Sequence record: SRR31156797_4747 | Direction: 5' to 3' (one strand) | Length of the DNA stretch: 34,854 nucleotides | Part shown: piece by piece, positions 1-7,218 of the stretch | Numbering within the stretch: the stretch's first letter is position 1 | Layout of the letters: every line of letters starts with the position of its first letter | The notes under the pieces: generated by a model | What the model was told of the DNA's origin: nothing | What the model saw: the letters and a program-made list of their open reading frames with translations, nothing else | Databases searched by the model: none | Translations under genes and position numbers: made by a program

Positions 1-55
1 AAGAGCGAATAAATTCTCGCTGAACCAGCACCTTGAGGTTACTTGGGTATATTAC

Positions 56-1420
56 TTAAACTTTGTCTTTACCTTTTAGGCCAATTGAGAACTTCTCTAA
101 GTAAGCGTTTGGCTGGTGACCGTCATAAACGATGTTGTCGATAAAGTGTTTCTGTGGTTCGCGGAACCCATCCATCTGTTTGAAATCCGGGAAATCTTTC
201 GCAGTTAACGTACCGTCTTCAATTAAAGATTCTGCTGCTTGTTGGTAGATGTCAGGGCGATAAACATCTTTCGCTACGTTCATGTACCAATCATCCGATT
301 TCTGCTCTGAGATTTGCCCCCAACGGCGCATTTGAGTGAGATACCAAATCGCATCACTGTAATAGGGGTAAGTTGCGTTGTGGCGGAAGAATACGTTGAA
401 ATCAGGTACGTCACGCTTGTCCCCTTTTTCGTACTCGAATGTTCCGGTCATAGAGTTAGCGATCACTTCAGCATCGGCACCAACATACTCACTTCTAGCC
501 AGAATATTCACCGCTTCCTGACGGTTCGCATTATTATTTTCATCTAACCAGTAAGCCGCACGGATAAGTGCTCTCACCAGACGTAAATGGGTATTGGGGT
601 ATTTCTCAGCCCACTCTTTTGAGACACCGAATACTTTCTCTGGGTTGTTTTTCCAGATCTCATAATCAGTGACTACGGGAACACCAATACCTTTGAACAC
701 GGCTTGCTGGTTCCACGGTTCACCTACGCAGTATCCTTCGATAGTGCCTGCTTCCATTGTTGAAGGCATTTGCGGGGGAGGTGTGACACTGAGCAATACA
801 TCGGCTTTAAGTTGTCCACTGTTATCACCGGTTGCTGGCGCATAATAACCCGGGTTAATGCCGCCAGCCGCCAGCCAGTAGCGCAACTCATAGTTATGCG
901 TCGATACCGGAAAGACCATGCCCATATTGAAAGACTTACCTTCATCACGGAACTTCGATACAACAGGTTTTAACGCATCGGCTTTGATCGGGTGAGCGAT
1001 TTTGCCATCACTCTGCTTTTCTAAGTGAGGTTTCATCTGCTCCCAAGTATTGTTAGATACGGTAATTGCGTTGCCGTTGAGGTCCATACTAAACGCGGTC
1101 ACTACTTGCGCTTTTGTCCCAATACCTATGGTTGCACCTAACGGTTGGCCCGCCAGCATATGTGCTCCATCCAACTCACCATCAATGACTCGATCCAACA
1201 GTACTTTCCAGTTTGCCTGAGCTTCCAGCGTGACGTATAAACCTTCATCCTCAAAATAATGTTGTTCATAGGCCACTGCCAGTGGTGCCATATCCGTTAG
1301 CTTAATAAAGCCAAATTTCAGATCTTCAATTTCCGGCTCGCCGATTTCTGCATAAACAGTGGCCGAAGCAAGTGAAGTGCCCAGCACCAAAGTGCGTATC
1401 CATGGCTTGATATATTGCAT
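56..1420 (-). CDS. nrtA: Nitrate/nitrite ABC transporter periplasmic binding protein (NrtA/CmpA/NasF family), 454 aa
   Basis: Motifs LKFGFIKLTDMAPL, FPVSTHNYELRYWLAAGGI, YCVGEPWN. Signal peptide MQYIKPW...TVYA. Start moved to ATG 1420, which follows an AAGGAAAGGGAG RBS; the longer ORF start at 1513 lies inside the leader RNA. Confidence 0.93.
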   Translation of the reverse strand: MQYIKPWIRTLVLGTSLASATVYAEIGEPEIEDLKFGFIKLTDMAPLAVAYEQHYFEDEGLYVTLEAQANWKVLLDRVIDGELDGAHMLAGQPLGATIGIGTKAQVVTAFSMDLNGNAITVSNNTWEQMKPHLEKQSDGKIAHPIKADALKPVVSKFRDEGKSFNMGMVFPVSTHNYELRYWLAAGGINPGYYAPATGDNSGQLKADVLLSVTPPPQMPSTMEAGTIEGYCVGEPWNQQAVFKGIGVPVVTDYEIWKNNPEKVFGVSKEWAEKYPNTHLRLVRALIRAAYWLDENNNANRQEAVNILARSEYVGADAEVIANSMTGTFEYEKGDKRDVPDFNVFFRHNATYPYYSDAIWYLTQMRRWGQISEQKSDDWYMNVAKDVYRPDIYQQAAESLIEDGTLTAKDFPDFKQMDGFREPQKHFIDNIVYDGHQPNAYLEKFSIGLKGKDKV

Positions 1421-1451
1421 AGCAATACTCCCTTTCCTTATAACGAATCTT

Positions 1452-1527
1452 AAAAAACAAAAAGGCGCTACTGCCCGTATGAGCAGTAGCGCCTTTGCTA
1501 TTTCTTTCATCACCGCCGTTGATGATG
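1452..1527 (-). ncRNA. ANTAR dual-hairpin leader RNA with overlapping intrinsic terminator (nrtA leader)
   Basis: Minus strand: P1 CAUCAUC-AACGGC-GGUGAUG (1508-1527), 7-nt linker, P2 UAGC-AAAGGC-GCUA (1487-1500). Both loops are hexamers with A1 and G4. P2 overlaps the 16-bp terminator stem 1461-1496, followed by a U-rich tract 1452-1460. Confidence 0.93.
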
Positions 1528-1577
1528 TCAGAAGGTAAGTTTCACAACTTACACCAAATTTTACCTGTAAATACTAA

Positions 1578-1593
1578 TCCAATTTGCATGCCA
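1578..1593 (-). promoter_or_regulatory. sigma54 (-24/-12) promoter of nrtA
   Basis: TGGCAT-GCAAA-TTGGA versus consensus TGGCAC-N5-TTGC(A/T); -12 C replaced by G; lies directly upstream of the ANTAR leader. Confidence 0.7.
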
Positions 1594-1611
1594 TGTTTTT
1601 TAATATTTAAT

Positions 1612-1624
1612 TATCAATTGCTTA
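1612..1624 (+). promoter_or_regulatory. IHF binding site
   Basis: TATCAATTGCTTA matches WATCAANNNNTTR exactly and sits between the sigma54 site and the upstream enhancer-like motif. Confidence 0.6.
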
Positions 1625-1655
1625 TAGATTAATTTTGTATTTTATGAGGATTAGT

Positions 1656-1692
1656 CTGTATTTATGCGTGCAACCTGCACCAAACCTACAAC
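1656..1692. promoter_or_regulatory. Putative NtrC enhancer half-sites
   Basis: GTGCA (1668-1672) and TGCACC (1676-1681); CGTGCAACCTGC also occurs as CGTGCAACATGC upstream of nasA (7120-7131). Confidence 0.5.
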
Positions 1693-1712
1693 TTTGTTCT
1701 ACCCCCAAAGTA

Positions 1713-2300
1713 TTAACCTGCATTAACACCATCAAATGTATGAATCACATTCTTAGCCACTTGAGATAGCGATAAGCTAGATTGCATGGCTGAATTTCTT
1801 AACACACGGTAGGCATTTTCTTCATCTAACGCATGCATTTTCATTAGTAGACCTTTGGCTTTTTCAATCCACTTTCTTTCTTCAAGCTTGGACGTCAATT
1901 TCTCAATTTCCTTTTGCATCGCTATGCTTTTTTCCCGAACCTGAATGGAGTAATCAACCCATGGCTTAAGGTCAAAAGAAGAGTCAAAAGGTAGGATAAC
2001 GAAATCATTATTCTCTGGTAATCTATTGATATCATTTGAATCTAGCTGTTTAAGAATCACAAGAAGAGGAACTTGTTTATCCTTACAAAACTCGACAATC
2101 AAACGCAGTTCTGCCGTTGGTTGACGCCAGGAAACAACAATGGTTGGACGTTTTTCACACCCAACCATTTTCTCTAACTGCACAAGCTGACAAGCAAGAA
2201 CATGGTCATAATGCATGGCCAATTTAGCGCTGATATCCGCTTGATCGTTAACACTGTCACTACAAACAATTACTGGTTGAGATACTGTTGAGCGAGACAT
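1713..2300 (-). CDS. nasT: ANTAR-domain antiterminator with pseudo-receiver domain (NasT/AmiR type), about 195 aa
   Basis: C-terminal ANTAR motif LEERKWIEKAKGLLM...EENAYRVLRNSAM. Start placed at ATG 2300 after CAGGGA (2306 is an alternative). Confidence 0.88.
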   Translation of the reverse strand: MSRSTVSQPVIVCSDSVNDQADISAKLAMHYDHVLACQLVQLEKMVGCEKRPTIVVSWRQPTAELRLIVEFCKDKQVPLLVILKQLDSNDINRLPENNDFVILPFDSSFDLKPWVDYSIQVREKSIAMQKEIEKLTSKLEERKWIEKAKGLLMKMHALDEENAYRVLRNSAMQSSLSLSQVAKNVIHTFDGVNAG

Positions 2301-2338
2301 AACCATTCCCTGTTTTGATTGAATCCTACAATCAATTG

Positions 2339-2354
2339 AGCAAAGAATGTACCA
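2339..2354 (-). promoter_or_regulatory. sigma54 promoter of nasT
   Basis: TGGTAC-ATTCT-TTGCT, correctly spaced GG-N10-GC, about 40 nt upstream of the start codon. Confidence 0.7.
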
Positions 2355-2395
2355 ATAAAATATAGTCAATTAAAAACAGCAAGTTACGATAAATT

Positions 2396-2427
2396 AACAA
2401 CAAAAACTACCACTATAGAGGTAGTTT
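2396..2427 (-). terminator. Intrinsic terminator of the nasA-cobA-ybiB-like operon
   Basis: AAACTACC-N8-GGTAGTTT stem followed by TTGTTGTT on the minus strand, 16 nt after the stop at 2444. Confidence 0.55.
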
Positions 2428-2443
2428 GAACTGGGCAACACAT

Positions 2444-3400
2444 CTATTCATGATTTGCTACATAGGTTTTCCAGTATCCATAGGCCGTTTCAAACGCTTT
2501 TTCTCGGTCATGTATTTGAGCAAACAATACAGAACTCATCGTCGACACCACGGTATTCGCCATCATTGGCAGCTCATCTTGTGGTGTATTCATTGGACAA
2601 TGGTCAGGAACTTCTATTTCTGACACATACTGCTCTGGCCAGTAAAATGACTCAACGCCTGTTGGCTGGCTTAGCCAAACCGTTTGGCTTACTTTAGGAT
2701 TGTATTCCGACTCACCAGAAACACCTTTAAACGAAATAACCGCATGGGAAGTTTTGCCAATGACGTGTTCGACTTCTGCATGCAGCTGTTGAAAGCCAGG
2801 ATGAAAACTACCTCGAATGCCTATTTTCCCACCACCCGGATTCAGCGCACGAACAACGGTATTGATTGGTGTTCTTAGGCCATAGCGGTTCTTCCAACTG
2901 ATCATTAATTCTGCCTGCGGAGCAAAAGCGTTCAAAGGCAAATAAGCCATACTCCCCGTTTGAATTAACAGCTCAGCATGTTCGGTACTCGAAGCCATTG
3001 GAACGCCTAACGCAGCCAGATAATCTTCCGCATGTTCACGTGATGCTGGCTTATCGTTATAGCCATGAAGAAGTACTTTATATCCGTTGTCGGCTAAGAT
3101 TTTTGCTGCCAATAGATGCCAGGGTTTACCCGCCGCGGCTCTTTTCCCGGCGTAGCAAGGCCAGTCAATATCTGCCCCAAGATTTGGCACTCTGGATTGA
3201 AACGCTTTCACAAAACCAGCAATTTCGTCGTTAGTTTCATTTTGCACTCTTATAAGCATTAACAACATTGCCATCTGATCATCATCGAATTCTCCGTTCA
3301 GGTATTCATCCATCACCTGAAAGGCTTGATCAAAGGTAAGCGGTTTTCTTCCTCGCTCTCCCCTTCCTACTGTTCTAATACATTCTTTAATTATGCTCAT
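2444..3400 (-). CDS. YbiB-like / TrpD-fold (glycosyl transferase family 3) protein
   Basis: IRTVGRGERGRKPLT, DIDWPCYAGKR, YGLRTPINTVVRALNP, GSFHPGF, KGVSGESE resemble YbiB/TrpD2 proteins. Confidence 0.8.
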   Translation of the reverse strand: MSIIKECIRTVGRGERGRKPLTFDQAFQVMDEYLNGEFDDDQMAMLLMLIRVQNETNDEIAGFVKAFQSRVPNLGADIDWPCYAGKRAAAGKPWHLLAAKILADNGYKVLLHGYNDKPASREHAEDYLAALGVPMASSTEHAELLIQTGSMAYLPLNAFAPQAELMISWKNRYGLRTPINTVVRALNPGGGKIGIRGSFHPGFQQLHAEVEHVIGKTSHAVISFKGVSGESEYNPKVSQTVWLSQPTGVESFYWPEQYVSEIEVPDHCPMNTPQDELPMMANTVVSTMSSVLFAQIHDREKAFETAYGYWKTYVANHE

Positions 3401-3407
3401 GACAACC

Positions 3408-4283
3408 TCATAGATAGGCAGACTCCGCTTGTACTCTTGTAACTTGCGCGGTTATAAGTAACTGTTCTCTAAGCTTGACCACATCGCCCATAATAATCAA
3501 TGCCGGACTTAATCCTTTTAGATCTTCTGCTGTTTGCATTAACTGACGAAGCTCAAAAGTCACCACAGTTTGATTCGCTGAACACCCCTGTCCAACAACC
3601 GCTACGGGTGTGTCTGGTGCTAAACCGTGTTGAATTAACCCTTCTTGTATCGATTTGGCGTTTTCTAGCCCCATATAGAAAACCAATGTTTGTCCACTGG
3701 CGACCAACCCTGCCCAAGCAGGTAGAGCACCTGTGACGACCTGACCGGTAATTAAGGTTACACTGCGGGACACTTGTCTATGTGTTAACGGAATCAAAGC
3801 ACTGGATGAACATCCGATAGCCGCTGTGATACCCGGTATAACCTGATAGGCAATATTGTGTTTTACCAGCTCAAGAGCCTCTTCACCGCCACGACCAAAA
3901 ATAAAAGGGTCACCACCTTTTAGGCGAACGACCTGTAAACCTTGTTGAGCGTATTGAACGAGCAGACGATTGGTTTCTTGTTGCTTCAGGCTTGGTAGGC
4001 CACAACGTTTACCGACATACACCATTTCAGCATCAGGGTTGACCAATTCAAGGATATCACGTCCCACTAACCGGTCGTATACCACTACATCTGCGCTTTG
4101 AATGACTTTCAGCGCTTTAACCGTTAATAAGTCTGGATCATTCGGTCCTGCCCCCACGAGGTAAACAAATCCTTGTTGACCTCCACCGGAGCTGCGACGG
4201 TTTACCTCTGGAGTTTCGGTATAATGACGTTCATGAACAGTGAAGCTTTCCATCGTCGTTGTTACATTTGATTTTGTTTTCAT
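3408..4283 (-). CDS. cobA: Uroporphyrinogen-III C-methyltransferase (SUMT; siroheme synthesis)
   Basis: VYLVGAGPNDPDLLTVKA, VVRLKGGDPFIFGRGGEE, IPGITAA, LVFYMG; RBS TAAGGA before ATG 4283. Confidence 0.93.
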   Translation of the reverse strand: MKTKSNVTTTMESFTVHERHYTETPEVNRRSSGGGQQGFVYLVGAGPNDPDLLTVKALKVIQSADVVVYDRLVGRDILELVNPDAEMVYVGKRCGLPSLKQQETNRLLVQYAQQGLQVVRLKGGDPFIFGRGGEEALELVKHNIAYQVIPGITAAIGCSSSALIPLTHRQVSRSVTLITGQVVTGALPAWAGLVASGQTLVFYMGLENAKSIQEGLIQHGLAPDTPVAVVGQGCSANQTVVTFELRQLMQTAEDLKGLSPALIIMGDVVKLREQLLITAQVTRVQAESAYL

Positions 4284-4293
4284 AGCAAATTCC

Positions 4294-6915
4294 TTATGCC
4301 TTACTCACAGCAATCGTCTGATAGTTATTAAGAATTTTGTTCACTTCCGGCACACAAGAGCCGCAATTTGAACCGCATTTGAGATTCGATTGAAGCTGAT
4401 TCAGCGATACACAGCCATCTTGCTCTATCGCGTTTTCGATTTGTTTATCCGTCACCCTAAAGCAGCTACATATCAATTTGCTTTGTGCTTTTTCTCCCGA
4501 GATAGAGATAATCGAACCTACGCTTAGCGGCTCACCAATCAGAGCGCCGATTGCGCTGTAATCTTGCTCAAGAGGCAGCGGAGAAACAAGCAGTACACCA
4601 GTCACTGTCATCTGTGACTGGTTGCCAACCTGACGGCCAATAACCATCATCCATCCCTCTGGGAGATCCCAACGCAGAACCTTTTCACCCTGCTCAATCG
4701 CGAACATCGATTTGTCTAAGTCCGTTAAGTTTGCGAAACGCATAACTCCGGCATGATCATCAACCTGATAACTGCTGTAATCACAGCTAGGTAACTCTCT
4801 TTCTTGCCCCACATACAAGCCATAGCTTTGCATCTCTACCGGTGCGATATGAACATTCGAAGATTTAAATGCAGGCTGACCAGAAATGGGGTCGACAGTA
4901 CTGGTAACGGTGCGATTTGCCTGAGACGACCCACTGTATCGACCAGCCCAGTGCATCGACATAAACAGTTGCTTACCAGATAGACCATCATCAAATTTTA
5001 CTTTGGCGAAAATGCAGGAATCCGGTTCATCCGTCACACCACGAAGTGCTGCGCAGTAACCTTCTTTTAGCCCGATAGATTCAGCACTTAACTTACTGAC
5101 ATAGATTGTTGGTTCTACTTCACCCGCAGCCAGTTTCGAAATATAGCCAGTGCGCGTCATCGTATGCCACTGATCACGTTGACGGCCGGTATTAAGCCAC
5201 CAGCCATTGATTGAAACCTTTTGCGGCTTTACATCGATAAACTGCGCTTTTCCGTTTGGCGTAGAAAACACACCATCACGATAGGGTGCTTCACTATTTA
5301 CTGGCCACTGGGTCGGCTGCCAGTTGGCGTACTCTTCATCGGACATCGATGCAAATGATGAAATATCAAAAAGGTAATTGGAATCAGTGTTAATCCCACT
5401 CAAACCCGCAAACTCTCTAAATACATCCGCTTCACTTTCGAATGAAAAACCTGATTCGCAACCGAGTTTTAAACATAGTTTTTGCCCCACTTGAGCAATG
5501 GCCCACCAATCCGGCTTAGCTTCACCCGGAGCTGGCAGAAAAGCGCGCTGACGAGAAAGGCGACGTTCGGAGTTCGTCACCATTCCCTGCTTTTCTCCCC
5601 ATCCTGCTGCTGGAAGTACAAGATCAGCGTACTCAGCAACATCACTGTGCTCGGTGATATCTGAAACCACCACAAATTCGCAGTTTTGCAGTGCACGACG
5701 AACCTGATCACTATTGGGTAAAGACACCACAGGGTTAGTCGCCATGATCCACAGAACCTTAATGTTTCCTGCTTCAACCGCTTCAAACAGCTCAACCGCC
5801 TTAAGACCAGGCTTTGAGGCAATCGATGGTGACTGCCAATACTCTTGAACTAAGCTGACAGATTGCGCATCAAATCCACGGTGCACGGCTAACTGATTTG
5901 CTAATCCTCCAACTTCCCGTCCGCCCATCGCATTGGGTTGTCCAGTTAGAGAAAATGGGCCACACCCTTCCTTACCTATTTTCCCACTAGCAAGATGGGC
6001 ATTGATAATGGCATTGCCTTTATCGACACCGGATTCAGACTGATTCACACCCTGGCAAAACAGCGTTAGTGCTTTCGGCTTGTTGGTAAACCAATCACAG
6101 AAAGTCGACACGTCATTTAAAGGTAGGTTTAACTCACGAGCCACACTCTCAATCTCGTAACGTGGCGACTTCAGCTCTTCAAACAAAGCTGAGAAGCCTT
6201 CTGTTGAACCATCAATGAAATTTTCGTCTAAAGCATCGTTATCAATCAGAAAGCGTAATAAAGCGTTATACAGCAGTACGTCACCATCGTTTTCAATCGC
6301 TAGGTGTAAATCTGCCTGTTCAGCAGTGACAGTACGTCTTGGGTCAATCACCACCATTTTGAGATTGGGATTATTCTCTCGCGCCTGTTGGATACGTCTG
6401 AACAGTACCGGATGCGTCCAAGCGGTGTTCGCCCCAATCAATACCAACAAATCAGTTTGAGAAACGTCGTGATAATTAACTGGCACAACATCTTCACCAA
6501 AAGCGCGTACATGGGCGGCAACAGCAGAAGACATACAGAGACGGGAGTTGGTATCAATGTTGGCACTACCGACGTAGCCCTTCATCAGTTTATTGGCAAC
6601 GTAATAGTCTTCTGTGAGTATCTGCCCCGATACGTACATGGCAACAGAGTCCGGTCCATATTTGGTTATCGATTGATGAATTCTCTCAGCAATTTCATCT
6701 CCGGCATTTTCCCAGCTGATTTCGGTTCCGTTCATTTTTGGATAAAGCAGACGGGATGGCATTGCTAAGCTCTCTTTTAGCGCCGACCCTTTCACACATA
6801 ATACCCCTTGATTAGCCGGATGTTGTATATCGCCAACAATAGAATCTTTATTCGCAACCACGCCGCATCCAACACCACAATATGGGCACGTTGATTGAAT
6901 TTTATTTACTGCCAT
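4294..6915 (-). CDS. nasA: Assimilatory nitrate reductase catalytic subunit (Mo-bisPGD), about 873 aa
   Basis: N-terminal CPYCGVGC...C [4Fe-4S] motif, DTNSRLCMSS, SLTGQPNAMGGREVG, NTGRQRDQWHTMTRTG, C-terminal BFD-like CSC...CGSNCGSC. Start moved to ATG 6915 (or 6918), downstream of the leader terminator. Confidence 0.93.
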   Translation of the reverse strand: MAVNKIQSTCPYCGVGCGVVANKDSIVGDIQHPANQGVLCVKGSALKESLAMPSRLLYPKMNGTEISWENAGDEIAERIHQSITKYGPDSVAMYVSGQILTEDYYVANKLMKGYVGSANIDTNSRLCMSSAVAAHVRAFGEDVVPVNYHDVSQTDLLVLIGANTAWTHPVLFRRIQQARENNPNLKMVVIDPRRTVTAEQADLHLAIENDGDVLLYNALLRFLIDNDALDENFIDGSTEGFSALFEELKSPRYEIESVARELNLPLNDVSTFCDWFTNKPKALTLFCQGVNQSESGVDKGNAIINAHLASGKIGKEGCGPFSLTGQPNAMGGREVGGLANQLAVHRGFDAQSVSLVQEYWQSPSIASKPGLKAVELFEAVEAGNIKVLWIMATNPVVSLPNSDQVRRALQNCEFVVVSDITEHSDVAEYADLVLPAAGWGEKQGMVTNSERRLSRQRAFLPAPGEAKPDWWAIAQVGQKLCLKLGCESGFSFESEADVFREFAGLSGINTDSNYLFDISSFASMSDEEYANWQPTQWPVNSEAPYRDGVFSTPNGKAQFIDVKPQKVSINGWWLNTGRQRDQWHTMTRTGYISKLAAGEVEPTIYVSKLSAESIGLKEGYCAALRGVTDEPDSCIFAKVKFDDGLSGKQLFMSMHWAGRYSGSSQANRTVTSTVDPISGQPAFKSSNVHIAPVEMQSYGLYVGQERELPSCDYSSYQVDDHAGVMRFANLTDLDKSMFAIEQGEKVLRWDLPEGWMMVIGRQVGNQSQMTVTGVLLVSPLPLEQDYSAIGALIGEPLSVGSIISISGEKAQSKLICSCFRVTDKQIENAIEQDGCVSLNQLQSNLKCGSNCGSCVPEVNKILNNYQTIAVSKA

Positions 6916-6937
6916 CATCACTTCCCTGCTCTTATGA

Positions 6938-7010
6938 CAAATAAAAAGGCGCCTTACTCCATAAAGAAGTAAGGCGCCTTTGCCTATAACCATTAACTTG
7001 GGCAAGTTAA
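6938..7010 (-). ncRNA. ANTAR-type leader/attenuator of nasA (one canonical hairpin plus terminator)
   Basis: P2 AGGC-AAAGGC-GCCU (6972-6985) overlaps terminator stem 6945-6981 followed by UUAUUU; upstream hairpin UUAACUU-GCCC-AAGUUAA (6993-7010) has a non-ANTAR loop. Confidence 0.8.
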
Positions 7011-7040
7011 CTATAATCAGATTTGGTTGTATTCCCTTAC

Positions 7041-7056
7041 AGCAATCAACGTGCCA
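7041..7056 (-). promoter_or_regulatory. sigma54 promoter of nasA
   Basis: TGGCACG-TTGA-TTGCT, perfect consensus. Confidence 0.9.
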
Positions 7057-7108
7057 AAACTAAAAACCTTTTATTTCAATCAATTAAAAATTCCAGCTTT
7101 TCATTTTC

Positions 7109-7125
7109 CGCACTAATTACGTGCA
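7109..7125. promoter_or_regulatory. NtrC binding site
   Basis: CGCAC-TAATTAC-GTGCA versus TGCAC-N7-GTGCA; a one-mismatch IHF-like site TTTCAATCAATTA (7074-7086) lies between it and the sigma54 promoter. Confidence 0.7.
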
Positions 7126-7170
7126 ACATGCTTCAATATCCTCAACGACACATACCTCTAAAGAAGTAAT

Positions 7171-7208
7171 TAAACGCACCTTATAGAGTCATCTTTTAGG
7201 TGCCTTTT
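7171..7208 (-). terminator. Probable terminator of the lyase gene
   Basis: GCACCT (7176-7181) / AGGTGC (7198-7203) inverted repeat flanked by A/T runs, just after the stop at 7219. Confidence 0.45.
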
Positions 7209-7218
7209 GTTCTATGGC

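Noticed and set aside
1421..1513. 31-aa N-terminal extension of NrtA in the ORF track
   Set aside because: Runs through the ANTAR hairpins and terminator; a strong RBS and signal peptide start at 1420.
2301..2335. TTGATTG/CAATCAA inverted repeat and two GGA motifs (possible CsrA sites) in the nasT leader
   Set aside because: The repeat straddles the predicted TSS so it would not fold in RNA; one GGA is simply the RBS.
2301..2369. N-terminal extension of NasT
   Set aside because: Overlaps the sigma54 promoter, so it would not be transcribed from it.
6916..7005. 30-aa N-terminal extension of NasA, with ALLL similar to the NrtA extension
   Set aside because: The similarity comes from the shared AAAGGCGC RNA motif, not a leader peptide; TTG start without RBS.
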